From positions 288,001 through 352,000 of the forward strand of contig CAXXYH010000004.1 of assembly GCA_963677925.2 (NCBI GenBank): DNA of 64,000 bases. Reading direction: 5' to 3'. The stretch comes from Spirochaetia bacterium. Its GTDB lineage: Bacteria > Spirochaetota > Spirochaetia > UBA9216. Numbering within the stretch: the first letter of the stretch is position 1; each line of letters begins with the position of its first letter. Positions 10,557 to 19,925 of the stretch are shown here, piece after piece. Under the pieces are notes generated by a model. The model worked only from the letters and a program-made list of their open reading frames with translations, ran no database searches and was not told the origin of the DNA. The position numbers were made by a program, and so were the translations under genes.

Positions 10557-12690
10557 TTACAAAGTTCTCTTCTTTAAGCTTTGATGTTTTTATCAAACCT
10601 TCCGTATCAAGTATTAAAGCAACCGTCCCGTCTCCAAGAATTGTTGCTCCCGAAAATCCTTTTGCATTCTTAAAAATTGATGATAATGACTTTATAACTG
10701 TCTGATTTTCACCTATTACCCTGTCTACACAGAAACCTACCTGCTGGCCTTCAGATTTCACTACTACAATCTGTTCAATCTCAGGCCGTTCGTCATCAAT
10801 ACCGAATTCTGTTCTTAAATCGATATAAGGAAGCAATGCCCCTCTGAACGGAATCATTTTTCTGCTGGAACTGCTGGGCCTGTCTTCGGCCTTGCTTTCA
10901 ATACAGGCTTCAACAACACCAAGCGGGAATATATAGTTGTGGTCTGAAACACTGACTAGAAATCCGTCGATAATGGCCAGGGTAAGAGGCAGAGACAATG
11001 ATATTCTTGTAAACTCGCCTTCTGAACTCTCTATACGGACAGTACCGTTCAAACTCTCGATCTGCCTTTTTACAACATCCATACCTACTCCGCGGCCTGA
11101 CACATTGGTAACCTGGGCCGCGGTTGAAAATCCCGGAGCAAAAATCATCTGAAAAATTTCTTCTTCAGTAAGACCGTTCTCGGTAGTTATAATCTTGTTT
11201 TTTAAAGCCTTGTCCAGTATTTTACGTTTATTGAGTCCAGCCCCGTCATCTTCAATTATGATGCGTACCGAAGCTCCTGCATGTTCAGCCTTTAAGGTCA
11301 GCGTTCCCTCAGCAGGCTTCCCGGCAGCTCGGCGGATATCAGGGGCTTCAATTCCGTGATCCAGTGAATTTCTGATAAGATGAACCAGCGGGTCATTGAG
11401 TTTCTCGATAACTGTCTTATCGAGCTCTGTTTCCTCACCCTCTGTTACCAGATTTACAGTTTTTCCCATATCATTTGAAAGATCACGAACCAGACGCTTG
11501 AATCTGCTGAATGTAGTTCCAATCGGAAGAAGTCTCATACTCATTGTATTCTCACGCAGACTCTCGGTTATCCTTCCAAGCTGTTCAACCATCGAATGCA
11601 GTTCCGCATTAGTACTGGCACTTTCACGGTCAATCCTTGCGTGAACAGTTACAAGCTCACCTACCAGATTTACCAGCTCATCAAGCTTGTCGGAATTAAC
11701 CCTGAGTGAAGCGGTTCCGGCTTTTTCCTTCTCCGCCCGTTTTTCGTTTACGGTTTTTATAAAGTTCTGTTCTGAAAGAGCCTTTTCAACAGCCTCCTCG
11801 GTAGCAATGTTATTTTCAAGTATCAGCTCTCCCAGCCTTTTCTGTTTGCCAAGAAGGTTTCTGAGTGCATCCTCATCAATATCGCCTCGATCAAGAAGTA
11901 TCTGGCCCAGCTTGGGAGTTGAGCCGTCTACGCCTTCAAGGTTTGCATCCGGAACCATTTCAATGATCAGCTCGGATTCATTTTCAACAAAGATAAATAC
12001 ATCCCTTATTTCATTGCCGCCTTTGGAGGAAAGAAGAAGAATATCCCAGAAGATATAGCATTTTTCCGGATCAATTGAATCAAGATCCGGAATACCGTTG
12101 ATGTCGGGAAGAACCAGGGTTTCCCCGAGTTCCGCCAGCTCCTGGATAAGCAGAATTGGATTAGTCCCGTTCATAAAGATATCTTCTGACGGCTTGAATT
12201 TTATGCGCCACAAATTTTCAGGTTCTTTCCGCAGTTCGGGCTCAGATTTCTTTGCAGGGCTGCCGCCTTTCTCATCCCCGGAGTCCTTTCCTGCAATATC
12301 CTGAAAATTAACCGCAGCCTGAAACTTTGCAACTATTTCAGATGATTTTTCAATCAAAGCCTTCCTGACGTCAGGAAGCTCATCGGCCTCAATAAGTGCG
12401 GTTATGTGATCTCCCGATTTAAGGGTCCAGTCAATAAGTTCCCTGCTCACTGCAAGCTTATCTTCCCTGACAGCATCAAGGATATTTTCAATGTGATGGG
12501 TAAACTCCGATACATATTCAAAGCCGAACATGGCCGAAGACCCCTTAATCGTGTGAATTATTCTGAATACAGCTGAAACTTTCTCTTTATCATCCGGGAA
12601 CTCTTCCATCTCCAGAAGTTTAGATTCAAGCGAGCTTAGTAACTCTGTGGCTTCTTCAATAAATGCCGTTTTAAACTGATCAGCGTTCAT
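10540..12690 (-). CDS. cheA: Chemotaxis histidine kinase CheA
   Basis: HPt FRIIHTIKGS; HLIRNSLDHGIE; DDGAG; SGRGVGMDVV; C-terminal CheW domain; start reassigned to ATG 12690 (AGGAG RBS). Confidence 0.96.
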   Translation of the reverse strand: MNADQFKTAFIEEATELLSSLESKLLEMEEFPDDKEKVSAVFRIIHTIKGSSAMFGFEYVSEFTHHIENILDAVREDKLAVSRELIDWTLKSGDHITALIEADELPDVRKALIEKSSEIVAKFQAAVNFQDIAGKDSGDEKGGSPAKKSEPELRKEPENLWRIKFKPSEDIFMNGTNPILLIQELAELGETLVLPDINGIPDLDSIDPEKCYIFWDILLLSSKGGNEIRDVFIFVENESELIIEMVPDANLEGVDGSTPKLGQILLDRGDIDEDALRNLLGKQKRLGELILENNIATEEAVEKALSEQNFIKTVNEKRAEKEKAGTASLRVNSDKLDELVNLVGELVTVHARIDRESASTNAELHSMVEQLGRITESLRENTMSMRLLPIGTTFSRFKRLVRDLSNDMGKTVNLVTEGEETELDKTVIEKLNDPLVHLIRNSLDHGIEAPDIRRAAGKPAEGTLTLKAEHAGASVRIIIEDDGAGLNKRKILDKALKNKIITTENGLTEEEIFQMIFAPGFSTAAQVTNVSGRGVGMDVVKRQIESLNGTVRIESSEGEFTRISLSLPLTLAIIDGFLVSVSDHNYIFPLGVVEACIESKAEDRPSSSSRKMIPFRGALLPYIDLRTEFGIDDERPEIEQIVVVKSEGQQVGFCVDRVIGENQTVIKSLSSIFKNAKGFSGATILGDGTVALILDTEGLIKTSKLKEENFVNGKHS

Positions 12691-12994
12691 ATCCGGTTCT
12701 CCTGATGTTATAACAGTCATCCTGCCCCGATTTACTGCAGAGACAGAATCCGTTTGCAACTACCTTCTGATAGATGTCTTCGTTCAGCTCTCCGGTAAAA
12801 CAGTAAGCAGAACCGCCCTTTTCAGCTGATTTTTGAGCAGATATCAGCAGCTGAATCCCTGATAAATCTATTTTTTCAACCTCACTGAGGTTTATTGATC
12901 CTTCCTTAGCCTTTTTCAGGCCTTCCTTTAAAACATCAAGGACTTCGGCTGTATTGGCAACAGTAAGATCTCTAAGGATTTTGCCCTTTTTCAT
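12680..12994 (-). CDS. STAS domain protein (first gene of che operon)
   Basis: DLTVANTAE...INLSEVEKIDLSGIQLLISA STAS signature; overlaps cheA start. Confidence 0.85.
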   Translation of the reverse strand: MKKGKILRDLTVANTAEVLDVLKEGLKKAKEGSINLSEVEKIDLSGIQLLISAQKSAEKGGSAYCFTGELNEDIYQKVVANGFCLCSKSGQDDCYNIRRTGYER

Positions 12995-13064
12995 CAAAAT
13001 TTCTCCATCGAAAATCTCAGAAATCTACGATTTCTGAAGTTCCCTATTATTATTCCTGACTTAA

Positions 13065-13093
13065 ATTATGGTGGATCCAAATTCCAATGTCAA
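13065..13093 (-). promoter_or_regulatory. sigma70-type promoter of STAS-cheA operon
   Basis: Minus strand TTGACA-17nt-CATAAT. Confidence 0.7.
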
Positions 13094-13096
13094 AGA

Positions 13097-13132
13097 AAGA
13101 GGATCCTAAAAAAATAATTTTAGAATCCTCTT
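13097..13132 (-). terminator. Probable terminator hairpin downstream of vWA gene
   Basis: AAGAGGATCCTAAAA...TTTTAGAATCCTCTT inverted repeat with one mismatch. Confidence 0.5.
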
Positions 13133-13211
13133 GTAATAATTTTAAATTTCTATGGCGCAAATAAATATTTAAAGACCCCAATGCTGAAAATACGGCACAG
13201 AGGTCCTTATT

Positions 13212-15233
13212 TTAATATTCTGACGCTTCCATCAGAGCCCTGGTTTTATATAGCAGGGTCAGAAACTCTGCACGGTATCCGTAAGGATCTTCGCCAAGGG
13301 ATTTCTTGACAGCATTGATTACATGCTCAATCGAAGCCTCCGGAGCATGTTCCGAATGCCTTAATATCATACCCCATTCGGCAACAGCCGAGGCAAACCT
13401 AAGATTTTCAGAAGGATTTTCAGCCATGCTGCTGCCGATCACTTTTTCGCTAAGAAGACTTTCTATTTCACCCGGATTTTTATACCTGAACTTAAGGTAT
13501 CCAAGCTCGCCGTTGCCTTCAGCTCCGTCTGCGGTTTTCAGAGTCTGATATCTCAACTCAGAGGTTTCCATGCCGGCAGCAGGCTTAATCTCATAAAGAG
13601 CTGTAACGCTGTGTCCGGCACCTATTTCACCGGCATCTTTTTTATCATCATCAAAATCCCGGGCATCCATAACCCTGTTTTCATAACCGATGAGCCTGTA
13701 TTCGCCGACATATGCCGGGTTGAACTCTATCTGAATCTTTACATCAGAAGCTATTGTGAACATGGTTCCGGAAAGACCTTCAACAAGAACCTTTCTGGCT
13801 TCATTCAGGGTATCAATATATGCATAGTTTCCATTGCCCTTGTCCGCAAGGCTTTCCATTCTGGAATCCTTATAGTTTCCCATACCGAAACCAAGAACCG
13901 TAAGATAGATGCCCTGATCCCGCTTGCTTTCAATAAGCCTTGTAAGTTCACCCTCTGATGATGCGCCGACATTGAAATCACCGTCGGTAGCAAGGATAAT
14001 CCGGTTATTGCCGTTTTTAAAAAGATTTTCGGTTGCCACACTGTAGGCAAGCTCAATTCCTTCGCCGCCGGCTGTAGATCCGCCCGCATCGAGGTTATCA
14101 ATTGCCTCAAAAATCGCATCCTTATCATTTCCTGAAACAGGCGGGAGGACAAGACCGGCAGACCCAGCATAAGCAACAATTGAAACACGATCTTCCGGAC
14201 GAAGCTGCTCTGTAAGCATGGCCATAGCCTGTTTGAGAAGAGGAAGCTTGTTTTCATCCTGCATGGAGCCGGAAGAATCTATCAGGAAAACTATATTAGA
14301 TTCGGGAATCTCTTCGAACTCCACGGTTTTTCCCTGAAGACCGACCATCAGCAGCAGACTTTCCTCATTCCAGGGACAGGCGGCCAGTTCGGTATTCAGA
14401 CTGAAGGGAGAGCTTCCCTCCGGCTGGGGATAGTCGTAGTCAAAGTAGTTTATAAGCTCCTCAATCCGGACTGAATCGGGATAAGGAAGACTTCCGTTAT
14501 TAAGAAACCGCCGCACATTTGAATATGATGCAGTATCAACATCTATCGAAAAAGTTGAGAGCGGCTGTTCTGCAGGGCTATAGAACGAATTCTCATAGAT
14601 TCTGCGGTATTCCTCGGTATTAAAATCCTCAGGTTCTGCTGCACCAATCATGCCTTCGTCAAAATAGTCGGCAGATATCTCTTCATCAGCCATAACCAGA
14701 CCCATAGGCGAATTCATCCGCTTCATCTCTGCTGCAGGCACTGGTGCTTCGGAAAGGTATACCGCTTCAGGAGCCGACAACTGTTTGGCCGGCTTATCAG
14801 CCGCTTCCTCTTTTCTCTGGGCGTTTTTGTTCTCTGTCCGGACAGCAGGCAGGGAATCCTCTGCAGCAGTATAATCACGCTCCTGTCCGGATAATCCTAC
14901 TTCGGCTGACTCGGCAGCCCCTGAGCCCCTGAAAACCCGGCTGAGTTCAGGCCTTACGGCAAAGGTTAGTACGAGAACAAGCGCTGCGGCAAGTCCTGCG
15001 GCACCGACAAAGGCTTTTCTGTGCATTATGAAAAATGAAACTTTCTTATGATCTTTTTTTTCCATTTTTGAGAGAAGCTCAGCCTTAAGCCTGGCCTTGA
15101 AATCGGCGTCAGGTTCAGCATCCGGTCTGCTTTTTATAAGTTCGTCTATCAGCTTTTTCAATTCAGCCTCCTCATTTCTGAGTGAAGGGTCTATACGGTA
15201 TAAATCTTCAAGAATCTCATTGATATTCATCAT
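13212..15233 (-). CDS. Membrane-anchored vWA domain protein (YfbK-like), putative anti-sigma fusion
   Basis: N-terminal soluble region, one TM, then PLSTFSIDVDTASY, LIDSSGSM MIDAS, LATDGDFNVG, DAGEIGAGH; start ATG 15233 after AAGGAG. Confidence 0.88.
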   Translation of the reverse strand: MMNINEILEDLYRIDPSLRNEEAELKKLIDELIKSRPDAEPDADFKARLKAELLSKMEKKDHKKVSFFIMHRKAFVGAAGLAAALVLVLTFAVRPELSRVFRGSGAAESAEVGLSGQERDYTAAEDSLPAVRTENKNAQRKEEAADKPAKQLSAPEAVYLSEAPVPAAEMKRMNSPMGLVMADEEISADYFDEGMIGAAEPEDFNTEEYRRIYENSFYSPAEQPLSTFSIDVDTASYSNVRRFLNNGSLPYPDSVRIEELINYFDYDYPQPEGSSPFSLNTELAACPWNEESLLLMVGLQGKTVEFEEIPESNIVFLIDSSGSMQDENKLPLLKQAMAMLTEQLRPEDRVSIVAYAGSAGLVLPPVSGNDKDAIFEAIDNLDAGGSTAGGEGIELAYSVATENLFKNGNNRIILATDGDFNVGASSEGELTRLIESKRDQGIYLTVLGFGMGNYKDSRMESLADKGNGNYAYIDTLNEARKVLVEGLSGTMFTIASDVKIQIEFNPAYVGEYRLIGYENRVMDARDFDDDKKDAGEIGAGHSVTALYEIKPAAGMETSELRYQTLKTADGAEGNGELGYLKFRYKNPGEIESLLSEKVIGSSMAENPSENLRFASAVAEWGMILRHSEHAPEASIEHVINAVKKSLGEDPYGYRAEFLTLLYKTRALMEASEY

Positions 15234-15240
15234 CAGCTCC

Positions 15241-15840
15241 TTATTCAATGAATGTTGTGAAACCGATGAACAACAGGTAAAGAGAAAGCGGTGCGGTATC
15301 TTTGAGGTGCTTTAGAGTTCTTCCGAAATTCATCTTGCAGGAAGCTTCGGACTTTCCTGTTACCGCAGCAATTTCAGTAAAGCTAAGGTCATCCCATATT
15401 CGAAGCATGATCAGCTCACGTTTGCCCGCAGGAAGTTCCATCAGTACAGGCTTCAGTTTTTCCCAGTAGATACGGTTATGTACATCAACTACATGATCTT
15501 CTTCAGAAGGAATTTCCCAGACATCGGCAGGGCTTTCCCTTCTTTCAGCAGATCTGAAGTGGTCGCTTACAGTATTGGCTGCAATCCTGTAAAGCCAGGT
15601 ACTGAAACTCCCCCTTCCGGGCTTAAAACTATCAAGACTGTCCAGAGCCTTCAGAAATGTTTTTGAGCACAGATCTTCGGCCGTTTCTCTGTGCATTGTC
15701 CGGTAGTAAATGTAGCGGTAAATTCTGTCAAAAAACAGTTCATACAGCCTGCCGAATGAATCTGTCGATCCGTCCTGAGCAGCCTTGACCAGTTTTTCCG
15801 TTTCTCTAACCATAACAATATTCCTTTTGTCGTTCATCAC
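15241..15840 (-). CDS. ECF RNA polymerase sigma factor
   Basis: AEDLCSKTFLKA, FSTWLYRIAAN region 2; LSFTEIAAVTG region 4. Confidence 0.92.
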   Translation of the reverse strand: MMNDKRNIVMVRETEKLVKAAQDGSTDSFGRLYELFFDRIYRYIYYRTMHRETAEDLCSKTFLKALDSLDSFKPGRGSFSTWLYRIAANTVSDHFRSAERRESPADVWEIPSEEDHVVDVHNRIYWEKLKPVLMELPAGKRELIMLRIWDDLSFTEIAAVTGKSEASCKMNFGRTLKHLKDTAPLSLYLLFIGFTTFIE

Positions 15841-15844
15841 AGAA

Positions 15845-15873
15845 TACTACGGAGCTGTCTGAAAAAGGTAACA
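15845..15873 (-). promoter_or_regulatory. Putative autoregulatory ECF promoter
   Basis: Minus strand TGTTAC-16nt-CGTAGTA just before the start codon; resembles ECF TGAAAC-N16-CGTA. Confidence 0.6.
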
Positions 15874-16033
15874 GAAATATTTGAAAAAAAACTCGACCGT
15901 TTTTTCTATATAGACCATTTCCTATGTTGCTTTTTTTTCGTATATTGATATACAAGCTTATATTAAAACAAACCATTATTCTTCTTATTTGAAAGGATTT
16001 GTGTTAAATTAATTCTATACAGGAGTGTTATCT

Positions 16034-16975
16034 ATGAAAAAAATTATCATTGTCGGATCGGGACCTGCCGGTCATACTGCAGCAATATACAGCGCCCGGG
16101 CAGGAATGGACCCGCTTATGTACGAAGGCTGGATGGCCGGAGGTATAGCCCCGGGGGGACAGCTTACAACTACCGGAACAGTAGAAAACTTCCCCGGATT
16201 TCCGGACGGAGTAGGCGGAACAGAACTTATGATGATGATGCGTGCACAGGCTGTTAATACCGGTGTTGAGATTCTTACCGAAACAGTTGATTCTGTTGAC
16301 CTCTCAAAACGCCCCTTCAAAGTGGTCACATCTGAAGGAGAACAGGAGGCGGAAGTTCTCATAATATCAACAGGAGCAATTGCTAAACGGATGAGAGTTC
16401 CGCATGAAGATGATTTCTGGCAGAGAGGAATTTCAGCATGCGCCGTCTGTGACGGAGCCCTTCCGGTATTCAGAAATCAGCCCCTCGTTGTTGTAGGCGG
16501 CGGAGATTCGGCCATGGAAGAGGCCATGCATCTTTCCAAATTCGGAAGCAAGGTTTATATCGTTCACCGGAGAGACGAATTAAGAGCCAGCAAGGCAATG
16601 CAGGAGAGAGTTTTAGCCAACCCGAAGATCGAAGTACTATGGAGTACCACCCTGGTTGATGTTAAGGGTGATAATGCACTGACTCATGTGGTTCTTGAAG
16701 ATGTAAAAACCGGCGAACAGCGGGATCACGAGGCAAAGGGTCTTTTCTATGCAATAGGACACAAGCCCAACACTGATTTTCTTGCAGGACAGCTTGAACT
16801 TGATTCGGAAGGGTATATAATAACAAAAACCGGAACAACAGAAACATCGGTAGAAGGCGTTTTTGCCGCCGGTGATGTTCAGGATAAAAAGTACAGACAG
16901 GCTATTACATCTGCCGGGTCCGGCTGCATGGCCGCGCTTGAAGCAGAAAAATATATATCAGCTAACCCTCTTTAA
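16034..16975 (+). CDS. trxB: Thioredoxin-disulfide reductase
   Basis: GSGPAG, GGQLTTT, CAVCDG redox motif, [18 protein letters not shown]. Confidence 0.97.
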   Translation: MKKIIIVGSGPAGHTAAIYSARAGMDPLMYEGWMAGGIAPGGQLTTTGTVENFPGFPDGVGGTELMMMMRAQAVNTGVEILTETVDSVDLSKRPFKVVTSEGEQEAEVLIISTGAIAKRMRVPHEDDFWQRGISACAVCDGALPVFRNQPLVVVGGGDSAMEEAMHLSKFGSKVYIVHRRDELRASKAMQERVLANPKIEVLWSTTLVDVKGDNALTHVVLEDVKTGEQRDHEAKGLFYAIGHKPNTDFLAGQLELDSEGYIITKTGTTETSVEGVFAAGDVQDKKYRQAITSAGSGCMAALEAEKYISANPL

Positions 16976-16993
16976 AAGAAGGCGATAGAAATT

Positions 16994-18925
16994 ATGGGCA
17001 AGAGGCCTCCGGAAAGATACAATCCGGGAGAACTTGACAAAACCAGAGCAAATCTCGGATCTCTTTCCAAGGAAGAAGCGGCCAGAATGGCCGCCCTTCT
17101 GGGCGGAGAGGTCGGCGTTGAAAAAACTTCAGATAAAATGAAGGAAAAATACGACGATCTTAAAAAACGCACCGAAAAAAAGAGACAGGTCAGCTATAAA
17201 CCGGCCTCCCAGTTTAAGGCGCCTAAAGTTCATACAGGCGGCTATAAATCGGTTTCCGCCCGCAAACGGAAGATAAGCTATATAGACCGTATCAGAATGG
17301 ATCTGCTGGCAGCCCGTCCCGAACACCGTATTAAAACCAGGGGTTCAATTATCCATGCCTATCTCAGGTTCATTTCCGGAGGTAAGGACATAATAAACCC
17401 CAACTTCCTGATACACGGAGACAGGTACTTCTTCAGCCATATCCAGACCCTTCAGGCCTCAACAGCAAAACTGCTGGCCTTTGTTGAACCGGCTACCCTG
17501 AATATCTACGTGAACCCGTTTTACCGAAATATCCTTAAAAGCCTTGTCAGGTGGGATCTTGAATATCTCAACAATGAAATGGGCAGCCTTCAACGCTCTC
17601 CTCGGAACAAGAATATTATTGAATGTTCCGAACTCTGCCGTCTCATCTACAAACCTATAATCAGACTGAGCAGAATAAATATCGATCACATCTTCGCGGC
17701 TCTGGATAGACTGAACAGCCTTATCCTTATCCTTACTAAATTTACCCCTGATGAATATAAGAACCTTGAACCATATTACCTGAACGCCCGTGACAAGATT
17801 CCGGTTGTATTCAAGGATGTGGCCTACACCTGCTACCCTCTTCTGCTTAAACTCTCAGGATCACAGTTTCATTTTTACAAGGATTTTCTTAAAAAGGACC
17901 GGCGGCATATCACAGGATTTCTGGCCCTTGCAAAAGAAGACCTTATTTCACCTCCGATGGATCTGAATGCGGAGCTCAAAAAACAGAAACCGCTGGGACA
18001 GCTTGAAGAAATCCTTAAAAAGCAGGAAGAAGAGCGGCTGATGAAAAACAGCATTCAGGATATGGAGAGGGATGAATCTGAAATCGTACCCGGCATAGAA
18101 CTGCTTGAAAAACTTTTTCCTGAAGCAGGCTGGAAACAGTACAGGGAGTTTCCTGATCTTTACCAGTATTTTCAGCCTCTTTATGACTTCCCCAAGGGTG
18201 TGGAACTTATTCCGCCTGATGACCCGCTGCATCAGATAATAACCCTGGCTGACACAGTGCAGGAGCTTCTATACGGCTTCAGAAATGTGAATATACTTTC
18301 CTCGCTGGGAGCCGATATCGATGAAATAACCGATAAGTGGCATCTGTTTATCGACGAAATGATTCAGAAAAGCTACTGCAAAATGCTTCTTGAATACGCA
18401 AGGGCTGTTGAAAAAGGAGCCGCCCAGAACTCGGACAGCTTCGGTATGAGGCTTCTTACCGACCTGCTCTGGTACAGAAGAAGGTTCATCCTTCCTAAGC
18501 AGAAATTCAAGACTCTGTACAAATCACAGGTCATTACAATGAAGGCGCCTAAATTCTACCTGTCAGTCAGAAAACTCTACAGCCTTCTTGATACCCTGCT
18601 CAAAGATTTTGACGAGAGTCATGATAAATCAATGGTTATAGAAAACTTCGCCGGACCCTTCAAGTTCGAGATAAAAAATATTACTGCAATCAGGCTTAAA
18701 CAATACCTGAACAGAGAAAAGGTTGCTGCAACCAACGAAAACCTCCTGAGATACACCCTGATGATCCTCTCTGTCCTTGATTTTCTCATCAACAGCGAAA
18801 AAAGTATTACCTATCAGGACTTTGCCGAAGACCTTGTGCTGTTCCGTCATGATCCCGTTTACCAGAACAAACCCTTATATTCTGTTAATCTCCTGGACAC
18901 CCACGAGATTCTGAAAAAATACTGA
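16994..18925 (+). CDS. Hypothetical cytoplasmic helical protein
   Basis: 643-aa ORF co-oriented 18 bp after trxB; no motif recognised. Confidence 0.75.
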   Translation: MGKRPPERYNPGELDKTRANLGSLSKEEAARMAALLGGEVGVEKTSDKMKEKYDDLKKRTEKKRQVSYKPASQFKAPKVHTGGYKSVSARKRKISYIDRIRMDLLAARPEHRIKTRGSIIHAYLRFISGGKDIINPNFLIHGDRYFFSHIQTLQASTAKLLAFVEPATLNIYVNPFYRNILKSLVRWDLEYLNNEMGSLQRSPRNKNIIECSELCRLIYKPIIRLSRINIDHIFAALDRLNSLILILTKFTPDEYKNLEPYYLNARDKIPVVFKDVAYTCYPLLLKLSGSQFHFYKDFLKKDRRHITGFLALAKEDLISPPMDLNAELKKQKPLGQLEEILKKQEEERLMKNSIQDMERDESEIVPGIELLEKLFPEAGWKQYREFPDLYQYFQPLYDFPKGVELIPPDDPLHQIITLADTVQELLYGFRNVNILSSLGADIDEITDKWHLFIDEMIQKSYCKMLLEYARAVEKGAAQNSDSFGMRLLTDLLWYRRRFILPKQKFKTLYKSQVITMKAPKFYLSVRKLYSLLDTLLKDFDESHDKSMVIENFAGPFKFEIKNITAIRLKQYLNREKVAATNENLLRYTLMILSVLDFLINSEKSITYQDFAEDLVLFRHDPVYQNKPLYSVNLLDTHEILKKY

Positions 18926-19061
18926 ACACCAAATCACACTTCCCCTGCACTTAATACACATAGTCCTATAGCATCTTTGCTTTTCTGTTGTTAATATTTA
19001 TGTTAATATTTTTTAATATTTCGAAAAATATACAGGCTGTGATAAGCCGGGGAGAATTAGC

Positions 19062-19925
19062 TTGAAAGAATATCTTGATCTTGTTAAGTACGTTATGGAA
19101 AACGGACAGCTGAAAAAGAACCGGACAGGGGTAGACACCCTGAGCTGTTTTTCATATTTCTACCGCCTGGATCTACAGAAAGGCTATCCTCTGCTTACTA
19201 CAAAGAAGGTATTCTTCAACTCAATGCTCCATGAACTTATCTGGTACCTCTCAGGAGAGGAACATATCAAAAACCTCAGAACCCATACCAAGATTTGGGA
19301 TTCCTGGGCCGATGAGGAAGGAAGGCTGCAGACAGCATACGGCAGGTTCTGGAGAAGATACCCTGTACCGGAAAACGGTCTGCCCGGGGAAAACTGGGGT
19401 AAAAAATGGGTTCATCGTGACGAGCAGTCCGGCGGACTGGTCTTCGATCAGATCAGCTACATCATCGATACTCTTAAAGAACTTAAAACCAATCCTGAAT
19501 CACCCAACCTGAGGCGGATGATTGTAGTCGCCTGGCATCCCGGAAACGCCGCGGAGAGCCTGCTGCCGCCCTGTCACTATACATTCTGCTTTAATGTTAC
19601 TGACGGAAAACTCAACTGCCACCTTACCCAGCGCTCAGCCGATATAGCACTGGGTGTGCCCTTTAATATCGCCTGCTACAGCCTTCTAACCTTCATGCTG
19701 GCAAAAGAAACAGGCTTCGAAGTGGGTGAATTTGCCCACACAATGATAGATGCTCATATCTATGTCGATCAGATCGAAGGGCTTAAGGAACAGCTGACAA
19801 GAACTCCGAAAGAACTGCCCCGATTGAATATAGCAGATAAACCGATGCTGGAACTTACAGTTGATGATATCAAAGTTGAAGGTTACGATCCTTATCCTGT
19901 TATAAAGTTTCCGGTGGCTGTATGA
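19062..19925 (+). CDS. thyA: Thymidylate synthase
   Basis: NRTGVDT, PLLTTKKV, LPPCH catalytic Cys, QRSADIALGVPFN. Confidence 0.97.
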   Translation: MKEYLDLVKYVMENGQLKKNRTGVDTLSCFSYFYRLDLQKGYPLLTTKKVFFNSMLHELIWYLSGEEHIKNLRTHTKIWDSWADEEGRLQTAYGRFWRRYPVPENGLPGENWGKKWVHRDEQSGGLVFDQISYIIDTLKELKTNPESPNLRRMIVVAWHPGNAAESLLPPCHYTFCFNVTDGKLNCHLTQRSADIALGVPFNIACYSLLTFMLAKETGFEVGEFAHTMIDAHIYVDQIEGLKEQLTRTPKELPRLNIADKPMLELTVDDIKVEGYDPYPVIKFPVAV

